From positions 5,270,001 to 5,334,000 of the forward strand of contig NC_087253.1 of NCBI RefSeq assembly GCF_037042905.1: DNA of 64,000 bases. Direction: 5' to 3'. The notes under the pieces were generated by a model. It was not told the origin of the DNA, did no database searches, and saw only the letters and a list, made by a program, of their open reading frames with translations. The position numbers and the translations under genes are program-made. Positions 39,140 through 52,865 of the stretch are shown piece after piece; position 1 is the first letter of the stretch, and each line of letters begins with the position of its first letter. Source of the stretch: Lytechinus pictus. Its lineage: Eukaryota.

Positions 39140-39980
39140 GGCTTTGATGGAATGGAGTGAGAAAAAGAAAATAATAGGGGGAAGGGGATGGGGGATGGGA
39201 AGAGAATGGAAGGACTTTGATAGAAGGGATGATTGATGAGAGAGAGAAAGGGGGGTTGTTGAAGAAGATAGAAAGGGAGAGATAGGGAGGGGGAGGGATT
39301 GAGAAAGAGTGTGTTGAACAAGATAGGAGGAGAAGGGAGAGAAGAATGGTGTATGGTTTGGAGGGCTTGCCATTATTTCATTTGATGGAGCAAGAGAGAG
39401 AGATGGGAGGGGGGTAGAAAGATAGAAGAAATGGAAAGAGTTTGAATGAAGGGATGATTGATGAGAGAGAGAAAGGGAAGTTGTTGAAGAAGATAGAAAG
39501 GGAGAGATAGAGAGGGGGAGGGATAGAGGAAGGGTGTGTTAATTGAAGAAGATAGAAGGAGAAGGGAGAGAACAGTGGTGAATGGTTGGGAGGGCTTACA
39601 AGTACTTCATTTGATGGAGCAAGAGAGAGATGGGAGGGGGGGTAGAAACTAGAAAGATATAAGAAATGAGAAGAAATGGAAAGAGTTTGAATGAAGGGAT
39701 GAATGAGGAGAGAAAGAGCGAGAGGTGGAGGGAGGGGATAGAGCATGTATGTGTGTTGAACAAAATAGAAAGGGAAGGGAGAGAATAATGGTATTCAGTT
39801 GGGAGAGCTTGCCATTACTTCATTTGAGAGAGCAAGAGAGATGGGATGGGGGTAGAAAGGTATAGAGGACAGAAGCAGAGAGAAAGATAGAGAAGAATGA
39901 GAGAGAGAGAGAGCTGGGGATGAAGAATAGAGCAGATGAAGAATGACAAAAGATAAAGAAAAAGAGAGATACAGAATAGA
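39140..39980. repeat. Purine-rich tandem repeat, about 210-230-bp unit, 3-4 copies
   Basis: catttgatggagcaagagagagatggga anchor at about 39379, 39608 and 39821. Confidence 0.8.
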
Positions 39981-40975
39981 TTATTTTATTGAGCCAAAGT
40001 AAAAACATAGAAAAATGGGCCTCTCTTGCAGTACAAAGAAGGAAAAGGCTGATGGAAGGATATAGAGGGTTGAGAAATAGAGAGAGAGGAGATAAGCCTT
40101 GGCCTATGTGGGATAGGAAAGATGGAAAGAAAACATCGAAGATAGGGAGATGATGGAAGAAAGAGGGAGGAGAGCGGAGAGCGCTTCAAGCTTGAATCTA
40201 GCAGCTCATCCAGGGCCCTATAACATAGAGCTTGGCGATTGATTAAAGGGCTGTTTTTACGATTCATCATACACAATAGTCGATGCAATCAGTCGTAGAA
40301 ATAAGTCCTATGATCGATCACAAAGCTTCATGTAACTGGGCCTAGGGTTGATGGAGTCTGCCCTGATTCAATTTTATTTTCATTTAGGGCGCAGATGTCA
40401 TTCTCGGGTAGTACAAGAGTGTAGGCCTACGTCTATACTCTGTCTCTAGCCTTGAAGATATACAGCTAGTATACGTGCATGCATTGTAGGTCCATGCTCC
40501 AGCTATGTGAATATTAGCATACCTGAACGCCCCACTTACCCTCCCAAGTTCATATTCAGACCCCATTCTCACCAGCAAATGAACTCCAGGGGCCCGTCTT
40601 ACAAAGAGTTGCGAATGACCCGATCAATCGCAACTATGGAAAGCCAGCAAAGTCAACGGACACAAAACGTACTCTTAGTCTTAACTGATACAGCGGACAA
40701 GCAAAATTTCGGGATGGCTCCTTCCGTTTTCATCCTCTCCAGACAATGGACAAATTGGGCGAACAATGAAATCACAGTGGAGGAATGCTTGATGGATATA
40801 GAGCGTATGAAACACGTATGCAAAGAGTATACAATGGATACATAACGTTTTCTAATAGATGGCAAGATTCTTTTGCGTTTTACATCATATCTGCATCTGT
40901 AAGTGCAGTGGGACCAAGCCTTTGAAATCACCACCATTTTTACCATTATTTTGAATGGCGTATCATTGGTCCGTA

Positions 40976-41218
40976 CACTTAAATAACTCCGGTGTTGATT
41001 TAACACCAGCCAGGAATCTAGATATGTCCACACCGGAGAAGTATTGAAACAACACCATGGTCATACCCATGCTGTTTTAATACTAATTGGTGTTAATGTA
41101 TAAACACCTATCTGGTGTTACACCAAAACCAATCTGGTGTAGTTTAACACTTCTCTGGTGTGGACATATATAGTTTCTTCCAGGCTGGTGTTACATCAAC
41201 ACCGGTGTTTTTGCAGTG
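40976..41218. mobile_element. TA-flanked CACTA/EnSpm-like MITE
   Basis: ta|cact...agtg|ta with inverted ccggtgttgat..aacaccagcc arms. Confidence 0.75.
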
Positions 41219-43183
41219 TATGGAGTTTGTTTTCGTTGGTGCGACTGCACTCCTGATGAAGTAATGGAGAGCTGTAATTTGGGGAAGAGGGTTCTAAATT
41301 AAGCGGATGAAATAGCAGTATTCAATTCGACTGAATCGGCAGAGGATTGTATTGACTCATCTAATTGCTTTTTTACGTTACTATTCCGCCTGTAATGAAA
41401 AAGGCTCTCTATAAAACGTTTGTTTGAAAAAGGAATCATTAACAATAATTTGCTCTAGGCCTGCATGCTTACTATCAAATGATACAACTGTAGGACATTT
41501 ACTTTAGTCACGCGAAGATAAAAATGTTCTGATGATTTAATCTTAAAGCGATTGAGAAATTATTTTCATTTCACTGAGAGATAGGTTTTGGGCCTACATG
41601 TATGGGACCTGCATGCTGCAATTTCTGTTGATAAAAAAAAGTCAGAAATCCAGCATCGACCAAAAGCAAATGGCCTATAGGAAAAAACAACTTAAATTCA
41701 ACTTAATGTATGAAATAAAAACACTTTCAACTCAAGCTAAATTGAGTATTTAAGTGCTAAGTACTTAAATGTATTTAGAATGTTAAGGTGTCTTTATGTA
41801 GTATGTACAGTACCCCTACATACATGTACAGCTGGAGTGATGGAGAGACATATTGGCCTGAATTCACAAATTAAAAAAAACCCAACTAAACCAAGACAGG
41901 AGTGTTATTGATATAGTCTCGCTGCACAGACATATTGCTTATGCTTTTAATAATAATGTCAGCATCATCTCTCCAAAAGCAAAGGCAAAGTACGAATCCT
42001 CAACTAACATGGATTTAAAATAGTCTAACCCCCCCCCCTTTTATTCTAAATATTCAGATTGAAACTTCAAATCTCTTTTCATTATTTTCTGCTTGAAAAT
42101 TGTTAGTAAAATGAACTATGATCATAAAATATGTGATGCCTAGATTTTGTTGCTACTGTCTTGTCAACATTTCTGGTTAACCCTCATAAATCAAGTCACT
42201 AAAGTCATGGGTCAAGGGCTAGATTGGGAGTAATTTGTAAGGCCATTGGCATATGATGGCCATCAAATATACATACAGTAGGCTAGTAGTATTGGTTTTA
42301 AAGGTTTGATCACATACATGTATTTGCAGGATTTATTGCATTTTTGTTGTCCATCAACAGACGTGTTTTGTTGATTGAAATATTTCTTGATAACTAATTG
42401 AATATTGACCGGGGCAATATAGTCTAATCAAAGTCGTATCACCCTAACTCTACTTGGTTTAATTGCATTTCTAAAGAAATGATGCATTATGAAGAGAAAG
42501 TATGAAAGAGACCAAAGTGATCTGGAGCTGTATATTTGAGATATAGGCCTAGCCTATCCCTACTGGAAAGAACGCAATGCCCCACAGTGTGTGCCATAGT
42601 GTATTCACAGTGTGGACCACACTGTGTTAAATCACCTTCACACTGTTAAATTTGGGCATTCCAACAGTGTGAATCACATAAACACCATTCTCACTACCTT
42701 CCTAAAACTAGTTTACTACAAACTAGTTTAGTGGAAACTGGTTCAACTTCCAGTGAGGATGGTTGAAACGATCTTGAAAGTGATCTTCCAAACTGGTTCA
42801 GAAAACCACCTCTCAAATTTTCCCCTTTATTTTTCCCCTTTATTTCACATCATCTCCTCCTGACCTTGACATATATGGTGTTAATGATATTTTCCCATGA
42901 CATATGTTATATGCTCAAAATGAGGCAATATGCAATTTTAAAGATAATAGGGAAAATCTGAAAAATTGTGAACAAAACAAATGGAGAGTTGTCCACAAAA
43001 TCAGCCATTTTGAAGCATGTTTGCCAATTTGAGGATCCCCATAGAAAGTATACCAAGACTTTATAAACGTCCATAACTTGCCTATTTCATAACCGATTTT
43101 GATGAAACTTGTTTGAAATTATTCCTCTTATTTTACTCTTTCCAATAAGATGGCTTCTCTTCTTAGGTTTTGGTTTCCTTTAA

Positions 43184-43579
43184 AGAGAAATTCCAGTAGT
43201 TGCAGTAAACACTGATTTCATGAGAAAGTCTGTAAAACCAGGCTTTATTGTCAGTATATCATCGAGGATCTAGATCTGGTACAGTTACATAAACTGAACT
43301 TTGTGAAATCTTGAAATCTACGCTGAAAAATGTTCAGACTGAACTTCCCCAACACAGATAAGCGCACGTGGGACTGTGTATAATTATTGCTTTGAGCGTC
43401 GGGCCCGACGCTCTACCCGAATCCTGTGCTTATTTGCTGATTTATCAGCAATTCACACAATTTCTTCCAGAATCCTTTGGCACATGCGTTTTATTTATAC
43501 AAACAGACACTTTGGTGGTCATTTCATTGGATTCTGTACGAACTAATTTCGATATCGTTACCAAAACTAGCATTTACCT
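43184..43579 (+). mobile_element. Kolobok-type MITE family E, inserted at the TTAA of an older Kolobok end (about 42826-43179)
   Basis: ggtttcct|TTAA|agagaaattcc junction; TTAA again at 43580-43583. Confidence 0.88.
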
Positions 43580-44442
43580 TTAACTCCTTTTTAGCATAAA
43601 TGCACACTTTGTCCTACAACGATCATTTCCATTATAAATATACAGTGCAACCAGGAAGAATATCATTGTTTCCTCTTCTCTGTCATTTTGTTTTGATCAT
43701 AATAGAATATTCCGAAAGCAGTCTACAAAATTCATTGCCAGTTTATTTCTCCCTTTGTTTACAAGTCAATCGATACTTGCTGGGTTTGAAAGTACTTTAA
43801 AATAAAGATCTCTAAAACACAAGCTATTTTTTTCATGACTAATAAAAAGTCAGCTTAGACCAACTTTTAGTTTTAATAGTCATATTTGATTGTTTCCTAT
43901 ACTCATATTTGACTCTTAATGGTTATTGTTTTTGATGTAGAAGTAATGAGAAAGAAGATTGACATATATAGTTGCAACCAGCTGAATATTAAAAATAGTC
44001 ATTTTGACTAGTTTGTTGATTGTGTATGTTTGCCCGAGCCCCTTACATGTCACTGAGTACATTCCTTAAAGAAAATTTGTGCCTAAATGTTCTTCAAGGA
44101 TAGGTAAAAACCTCTTTATAATTTTTATATATTTTTGTTCACTTTTCATATATAAATTGTTAGCCAGACAAACACATAAAGCTACAATAATGATACATTA
44201 TTAAGTGAAAATGAAAGGATAAATTAATTAATGAATAGTCTTGAGGGGTTTTCAAAATGAAAGTAAAATTGAATTGGCACTGTGTAATCACATTTATTAT
44301 AATCGACACAGATTTCGAGCTATGGAATTCCCCAGGATCTTTGCAGAAATATGTAGTCTCATGATAAGACTTTAAATGAGATTGATACAGACTTTCAACT
44401 CTCAAGATTTGTTTTAGCTTTTTTAGTTTTTATTATGACCAG

Positions 44443-44834
44443 GGGGGTGTTTCACAAAGAGTAGAATGTGACAAAATAATCATGCTTGCATGCGATACTT
44501 AGCACACTGTCGTATCGATCAATATGCTTAGCAAGCGTCTGCTTAGCATGATTTGACCAATGAGGTGATACATTTTTTTTCATGAAACTTGGAAGTTAAG
44601 TGCGACTCTTCTTCTACTGCAGGCAAACTCCTCAATCGGGATATAATTGCTGCAGGCGTGTGTGGCTAGTGATGAATTTGAATTAATGATGTGCCCCCCC
44701 CCCCCCCCCCCCCCGATGAAAGTAGACATTTGAATTTTGTTTAGCCTTGTCTTAAAACCATCGACCGATTTAGCTTCACGTATGTCTACTGGTAGCACTC
44801 TGAAGACACACTTAAATCTTTGTGAAACACCCCC
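44443..44834. mobile_element. PIF/Harbinger-type MITE containing a short LINE fragment
   Basis: TIR gggggtgtttcacaaaga/tctttgtgaaacaccccc; the minus strand at 44735-44800 encodes LPVDIREAKSVDGFKTRL, a CR1/L2 C-terminal motif. Confidence 0.72.
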
Positions 44835-45617
44835 TCCCCCCAGGTGTCTCCTTATGGATACAGGCTCTACTATGGGTTAACCATGGCAGGTTAAAGTAAG
44901 CTGAATTCTGTTTGAAGCTCCTGGGCTGTATCATGGCTGTACCATGGACCTACTACACAAAATCATTGTTATTACAGGGAGGCGATATTGGCTTGTAGAT
45001 TTGGGAGAGAAGAGTATGGTGAAGAAATGAAGCGTGGATGATGAGGAACAGAAAACAACATGTCAAGGTGTCTCGTCTCTCCAACATCCCACTCATATAC
45101 CCGCCCACACCAAACATGACATGTTTATCCTAGCATGGTGTAATTTTCAGCTGCCATTATATTACCTTGGCTTTAGTAATCACAAGCATGTCCCCCAGAA
45201 GTGTGTTGGTCTGAATTTGTTATCAGTTACAATTTATCAGTAGGTCATGCCTGTTTACTTCTAATATTTCTGTTACAACATAACATTCTCTGGGACTTTA
45301 ATTTTCTGTTGCCTATTCCATATTTGCATAATGTGTGAGCTTTGAAAACCCAATTCCGAATTTGTGAATAAGTGGGCCAAAAAAAAAAATCATTATTTTA
45401 TTTCGGGGGGGGGGGGGGGTTCTTTTCATATGGAGCATTGTATGAGTGTGAGCTTTTACATTGCAGTGAATTGTATATTACTATATTCCAGGGCTCATTT
45501 GAGCATTTACGGGGCCAAAATGTCATTGAGGCCTGTGTATTTTTACCCTGAAATAAGTGCTTTAAGAGCAAGGAAGATCATTAGTAGTAGTAGAGGTAGT
45601 AGTGGTAGTAGTAGTAG

Positions 45618-46012
45618 CAGTGGCGTACCTACATTGTAGGATTTTCCACAGGGGGGGGCAAAACCATCCGCCCAAATATTTGACAAGCAAAAAAAAAAAC
45701 AAAAAAAAAAAAAAGGTCTTCAATCACAAATAAAGGATTTCGTAGCAGAAAAAAAAATGACAAGCAAAAAAAAAAAGATCTTCAATCACAAATAACGGAT
45801 TTCGTACCAGAAAAAAATATGACAAGCAAAAAAAAAAAAAAGTCTTCAAGCTCGTCAGGGGGGGGGGGCAATAAAGGTCTTCAAGCTCGTCAGGGGGGGG
45901 GGGGCTAAAAAGGTCTTTCAAGCTCGTCAGGGGGGGCAGGGATACGTCCTTTGCATGGGTTGTGGCTCGTCAGGGGGGCAGACTGCCCCCCCCCCCCATA
46001 GGTACGCTAGTG
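45618..46012. mobile_element. hAT-type MITE inserted in an (AGT)n microsatellite
   Basis: cagtggcgtacct.../...aggtacgctagtg; 8-bp TSD agtagtag; internal about 60-bp and 30-40-bp tandem repeats. Confidence 0.85.
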
Positions 46013-46648
46013 AGTAGTAGTATTAGTAGTAGTAGTAATAGTAGTAGAGTAGTAGTAGTAGCACTGGTAGTATAGTATTAGTAGTAGCAAGGAAAGTGGA
46101 TATATATAGATGAAACACTCTTTGTTTGCAAATACTACCACCATGCATACAAGGCAATCATGGATTTACTGTGTATTAGAAAAGCTATTTAGCCATAATT
46201 GCTAACAAAACGCATACTACCACGAGAAAGTAATGATGGATTTTGGTTGCTAGGAAACGGCATCCATCATGAAAATTTGATCGAAATCATAGATAAAGGA
46301 AACTGTATGGTGATGAACAGGCAGGATAGGAGAACCATTGATTTTTTTTTTACTTGTACCCTGCTATAATGCAGGATCTATTGCTTCAATACACTCTACA
46401 TATAGGCTTTAATATAGGACGAAGACTGCAATCAACTTTACACTATAACAGTCTTCTGAAAATATTGTGAGACATGAATTTTGGGTGTATGTTGAGTTTA
46501 GAGAGCATATAGTATTATGAAGGCAAATTTTATCCCTTTCTATAATATGCCCTTTCTTCCCCCCCCCCCCCAAAAAAAATGGCTCTATAATACCCCTTTT
46601 TCCCCGGCCTATTTTAGTATTTATTTGTAAGTTTTTTAAATTCATTAA

Positions 46649-47232
46649 AGGAGAATGAAACCCTTGAAACCAGCTAAATCCATATCAAAGAGAAAAATCA
46701 AAGAAACATATTGTTGAAAGTTTGAGGAAGATTGAATGAATAATAAGAAAGTTATGAGCATTTGAATATTGAGATCACTAATGCCATGTAGATCCTCCCA
46801 TTGGCAATGCGACCAAGATCTGTGATGTCACACACGTACAACTCCCTCATTACTTGAGTACTTATTTCACTTATATTCTCACTTTTACAGAGTCTAGCAC
46901 AAGGTGAGGTGTTCTCTTTATGAGAGGACAAGTACAAAGGTTTCACAACATTATATCATTGATGAATCGTTTGTCATATGATTAGAATGAGCAAAAAGAG
47001 ATGTTTTGGGGTATATTTTCAGCGTCCAAAAGGGGAGAGTTGTTCATCTGTGACATCATAGATCTTGGTCGCATTGCCAATGGGAGGATCTCCATAGCAT
47101 TAGTGATCTCGACATTTAAATGCTCATAACTCTTCTATTGCTAGTCCTATTTTACTCAAACTTTTGTTGATCTTATTCTTTGATTTGTCTGCTTTCACAA
47201 AAGCTAACTTGCTCCAAGAGTTTCATTCTCCT
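46649..47232. mobile_element. Kolobok-type MITE family C
   Basis: TTAA at 46645-46648 and 47233-47236; long TIRs; related to 3377-3950. Confidence 0.88.
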
Positions 47233-47238
47233 TTAATT

Positions 47239-47716
47239 AGGTGGTTTCAGACCGCCTCGAAGTTCGCCAGTTCCAGGTATTCTCTGATCGGGAAATTTAC
47301 CCCGATCAGAAAATACCAGGTATTTTGGCGGTGTGAAAGCAAACTACGCGTAATATCCCCGAAAGAAAATACCCGATAAATAGTAGGTACTTGGCGAAAT
47401 TACGAGAACTTTCGCGGGGATTTTTCCACGGTCGTGGGTATTTTGGCGGTCTGAAAGCAAATTACGGGAACTTTTAACCCAGCGTGTCGTTGGGTGCGGC
47501 GCCGTGCATGGGTTGCTGCTGGGCTAGTGATTTTGAATTTCGCGCCTTGCTGCTTATCAGACCATACTGCGCATGCTCGTAACTTCAGGAACTTATCCCG
47601 AAGGGTATGTTTCAGGGCGGTGTGAATGCAGGAATAATTAATGGGTATTTTTCAGCCTAAAAAAGTTCTCGTAATTTAACGGGGATTCTTGTGATCGAGG
47701 CGGTTTGAAACCACCT
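47239..47716 (+). mobile_element. MITE family B, copy 3
   Basis: 478 bp with a few substitutions relative to copies 1-2; flanks att/aat. Confidence 0.92.
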
Positions 47717-48061
47717 AATGATTTTTTTTTATATTTACCCTTGGGGGAGGGGGGGTTCTATTCTGTACATGTAGGCCCATTTTGGTCTTTATCTCTTTTT
47801 CTTTCTACATATCCTGTGCCTCACTCTCTTCTTGTTTTCTCTCTCATTATTTTCAGCTTTTGATCATATGCAAACATTTAAACAAATAATGTGAAGTTTC
47901 TTTTCCTATAACCAGAGGCAGGCAAGACTCACAGGTGAACATATGGGAATATATTCTGCAAACGTACAGCTTACAAGGCAACATTGTTAACAAATTGGGC
48001 CTATAAATATATGCCTGCATCACCGAATCATTGCACTATTGACTTTCCGTCCTCATTCACT

Positions 48062-48457
48062 AGGCGGTTTCAAACCGCCTCGATCACAAGAATCACCGTT
48101 AAATTACGAGAACATTTTTAGGCTAAAAAATACCCATTAATTATTCCTGCATTCACACCGCCCCGAAATTCCTGAAGTTAGGAGCATGCGCAGTATGGTC
48201 TAATAAGCAGGCAAGGCGCGAGATTCAAAACCACTAGCCCAGCAGCCACCCATGGCGCCCGCGCCCAACAACACGCTGGGCTAAAAGTTCTCGTAATTTC
48301 GCCAAGTACCTACTATTTAGCGGGTATTTTCTTTCGGGGAAATTGCGCGTAGTTTGCTTTCACATTACCAAAATACCTGGTATTTTCTGATCGGGGTTAA
48401 TTTCCCGATCAGAGAATACCTGGAACTGACGAACTTCGAGGCGGTCTGAAACCACCT
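48062..48457 (-). mobile_element. MITE family B short subfamily, copy 4
   Basis: Reverse orientation; TSD act/act; lacks the segment between two aattacg.gaacttt repeats. Confidence 0.9.
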
Positions 48458-49093
48458 ACTGATGACAAATACAGTGTGGTTTGTGTGATCATTTTCAGTG
48501 CGGAACTTTGCCTATCATTTTGGAATACCAAAGTTATGAAATGAGTCATGCTTTCATCGCTACACCAGCAGTGCATTCCAAATCACCCGACAGTCTGCTG
48601 GCATCAAGGTGTATCAGCCACAGTCACATGCTGCTCGAAATATCGGGCCCGATGCCTTGCTCGAGCAGGAATCACTCTTCTTTCGCTGGTTGAGATGAGG
48701 TTTCTTGAACTCGAGATTAATCGCAAAGAGTGCTGATCGCTCTAGAATCTCGAAATTGAGCAAACTCGGGCTGGTGCAGCAACGCCTTTCTTCCATGATA
48801 ACAGTGGTCAGTACATAGAGTTGGTTTCACCAATGCAACTGATTCCAATGTCATGAAATATGGACATAGAAAGGGGTAGGAATGGGGGAGAACTTCAGAG
48901 AAAGGGGGTCAGGGTTAAGGAATCGAGAGTTATAAAGGGGTGCTCTATAGTGCAATGGAATTGGTGATGCAGTCATGCTATAGGCTCTATCATTAATTTT
49001 GATTTGGAGCACCCCTTTCATGTGGAGAAGGAGAGCCAGACTGCCAAGTGTCACACATTTGGCATGACACTCTCTGCATTAGCACTCTTTCAG

Positions 49094-49266
49094 GCAACCC
49101 CCCCCCCCCCCCCCCCGTTGCATAAAAGTCACCATTATGGTAACTTTGCCATCCAGTGCTAACTTGCATGGGATCCTTGATTCTGATTGGTTGTTGATCA
49201 TCGTTACCATGTTTATTAGTTGAATGATCAAGTTACCATAATAGTAACTTTTATGCAACGGGGGCC
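49094..49266. mobile_element. PIF/Harbinger-type MITE
   Basis: ccgttgcataaaagt.../...acttttatgcaacgg inverted arms; CWG flanks. Confidence 0.75.
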
Positions 49267-51624
49267 CTGATCTGCTCAAATCTCTTCCTCATGCCTGTAT
49301 CGCAGCAATTCCCAATATAGATCATACAAAAAGCCCGGTGGATGGTGATCTCACGCCAATTCACGATTCCCTACCCAAAACCTCTACTCGCACAAAGCTG
49401 GTCTTTGAACTTTGCATCTCCAGAAAGTCAACGGTCTAACAGGGACCATGAATAGATAGGAGTCCTACCTACCACAGGAAATACCCTGTCGCCATATCGC
49501 CTTCAAACTTGTCGTCCTATATACACCTTGTGTTTTACAAGTCAGAGGATGTGATGGGGTCATTGGTTCAGAATATTGCCATGGTAACATTGGCGCATTT
49601 CATCAACATTTATTTTTGTCTGGCACTCTGGCAGATTTGACAACTATACATGTACACCATCAGACAGACAAACTTGTGAAGGACTTTTCAAATTCATATT
49701 GATTTCATTTCCAACAGAAAACAGAATATTATGACATTGTATGTAGGGCCTATACATTTATGTAATCATTAAACAGTATAAATCAAGGTACATGTACATG
49801 TATATACTGTTCATACTATTCTTCTTTATCACAGTAAACATAAAATGTAAGAGCGAGGCATCATACATTACTTATCAATATCTGTTGAAATGAAGGGACC
49901 CACTGAAAATGAAGATAGGTTTTATTGTACCTTTTATATCAACAGGCTGGTATTCTCACCCACTTGTGAAAGAAGAATTTTTTATTCATCACGAACCTGG
50001 CCATAAAAAGATGAAATGTATGCTCTTTATATTACATACATTAACATATGGGGCAGCTGCTCATATATAACGTCACAAGTAAAAAAAAAAAAAAATTAAA
50101 ATTCTAATAACTTAATTTTTTGTGGATTTTCCTTGAACATTAACCAATATTTGTTACTATTTTTTCTCTTTTTTACATCAAACTTTTCGTCAGGGTGAAC
50201 TTCCCCTATAAACTATTAAATGCACACATGTGTGCACCCACAAAAATGATGTTGTCACACTTCGATTATAAACGATAAATTGATAGTATACACAATCACA
50301 CAAGACTGAAACATAGGCCTACATCACTTCCTACGTGTATTTTTCGCTGGGGGGGGGGCAGAACCGAACGCGTAAACTTTTTCCAAAAAAACTCAAAAGC
50401 GAGGGAGCAAAGCGACCGTGCTTGGCATTGGGGCGCTTTTTGCCCTTTTTAAAGTGGAATTGAAGGATTTTTTGCATACTTTTGGTGAGTTTTGTGAAAA
50501 TTGTCAGTAAAAATTTCTGGTGGTCAACTGCCCCCCCCCCCTTCCCCCTGCTCCGTACGGCCATGGATACCGAATGCTATTCAGTATGAAAAGGAGGAGG
50601 AAGAAAATTGACTATGTTTATCTTTTCCCCTTTTTTGGCAGTGCACCATTTTCAGCCAATGTTTGATTAAGTGTTCATGCATGTAAAAAAAATACCAAAT
50701 ATTGTGCAAAGTGTACTGTACACAATGCTTTGGCCTTGAAACATATCATTTTGTAATTTAACATTAATACTGAAAACAAACTTCTATGTCATTTTAACGG
50801 ATATTGGTGTAAGTTTATATGACCTTTTCAGAATGTAGGCGTTAGGTAGTCTTGTATCAGTTACATGTACGTTGGACAAATTGATAGTAGAGTTGGTCTA
50901 ATCATGGTCTTAATGAAGCAGGTCTTTACATTTTAGAGTATAGTTTTTATATCCCTCTTGTAATACAATCAAACAAAGTTAAACAAGGAGATATCACCCC
51001 TAATATCTCCTTGGTTTAACCAAATATTGGGAAAAGAGGGAACATACATATTTGTTGGGTAAACTATTACCAAATACTGTGCAAAATTTACACAGATCTT
51101 CACCCATTATGAAACATGCTTTTTACCAAATTTATTTTTCAGGAAAAAAACAAAGATGCATATTCTTTTTAAATTTTAGATTTTTACACAATATCAGACT
51201 TTTACACAATCTTAGGTAATGTTTTACTCAACCTTTGAGTACCATTTGCGCAGTTTTGTTCTGTTCTGTTGGACATTTGCTCTGAATAATAGCAGGACTA
51301 TAGGCCTATATGATCGTGACTGAATCATATCCTGTATAGGAAAAAGGCTTGCATTTTTTTGTGTGTTTTATCTGTTTGGGGCCAGATAGAATTCAAGGAA
51401 ATTTCCTGTAATTTCATGTTTATGTACTGATTGTGGTGCCAAAAAGGGGATTTTTTTACTGTATGTTCCAGATGATTCATGCTAAATTTTGAGCACTCTT
51501 ACCCCCATTAAAATGCATATATATCGCCTACATGTATATGCCTAGTTTAATAGAAAAAAAAGGATATAGTTGGTTAAATAATTATGACATTGTTTTTTCA
51601 CAGGCTGTTGATACCTACATTTAT

Positions 51625-52380
51625 ATGCTTTTCACACTGAATTTCCTTAACCTGTGCTATCCTTAACCACGGACTATCGTTAACACCTCATACTATCTTT
51701 GGAGGATTCACACTAGGTGGTTTCAAACCGCCTCGATCACAAGAATCCCCGTTAAATTACGAGAACTTTTTTAGGCTGAAAAATACCCATTAATTATTCC
51801 TGCATTCACACCGCCCTGAAACATACCCTTCGGATAAGTTCCTGAAGTTACGAGCATGCGCAGTATGGTCTGATAAGCAGCAAGGCGCGAAATTCAAAAT
51901 CACTAGCCCAGCAGCAACCCATGCATGGCGCCGCACCCAACGACACGCTGGGCTAAAAGTTCCCGTAATTTGCTTTCAGACCGCCAAAATACCCACGACC
52001 TTGGAAAAATCCCCACGAAAGTTCTCGTAATTTCGCCAAGTACCTACTATTTATCGGGTATTTTCGTTCGGGGATATTACGCGTAGTTTGCTTTCACACC
52101 GCCAAAATACCTGGTATTTTCTGATCAGGGTAAATTTCCCGATCAGAGAATACCTGGAACTGGCGAACTTCGAGGCGGTCTGAAACCACCTATTGTCTTT
52201 CTTAACCCATACTATTTGCCTAGCCGGGGTCAAAACCTTAAACCCCGGACTATCACACAGCTCATGAATATTGATGATTTTCCCATACAGAGTGCGATTA
52301 ACATGCAATTGCGACTTCTGTGATTGGCTAATGCTTAGACCTGCTTTTCCTTAGCCCGGTTTCGTTTCACACTGCATCTC
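51625..52380 (-). mobile_element. Truncated family G element with nested family B copy
   Basis: Reverse complement of about 35170-35430, split at cacACTgtcttt. Confidence 0.8.
51715..52191 (-). mobile_element. MITE family B, copy 5
   Basis: 477 bp, reverse orientation; flanks act/att. Confidence 0.92.
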
Positions 52381-52865
52381 GACAGGCCCTTTTAAATTTC
52401 ATCCTACTTTCAAGAAAATATGAAATCTTTTTGTAAAATTGTTTTCAAATGAAACTATTGATAAAGGCTACAGAGGAGTAGAATCTAATGAATTGTCATC
52501 AAAAGATGAATATAATTTTCCTCTCAAAATTAAAGATACATTCAGTTTGCCAAGTATTTAACATTGCTAAGGAATTCAGTGAAAGAATTAATTGCACCAA
52601 AGACCTGCACTGCAGTCTGATACATGTATGCCATGGGAAAACATAACACAAATACAAATTACTATAGGAATGGAGACCTAGATTGTGAATGTATAGCCTT
52701 ACATGTAGACAATATCATGTGGCCTTCAGAATATTGCTTTCAAATTGCGGTCATATGAGGAATGAAATGACAGAAGATGGGGAATTGATATGAACAAAAA
52801 AGCTTTCATGTCATGCTAGTTCACTCCACCATGTGGAAGCGTCAAAGAAAGCCTGATCGAAAAAT

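Noticed and set aside
44918-44998. Possible tetraspanin exon 2 (aag|LLGCIMAVPW...)
   Set aside because: Weak acceptor, no G-[IV]-W motif, no TM2, and a stop after 26 codons.
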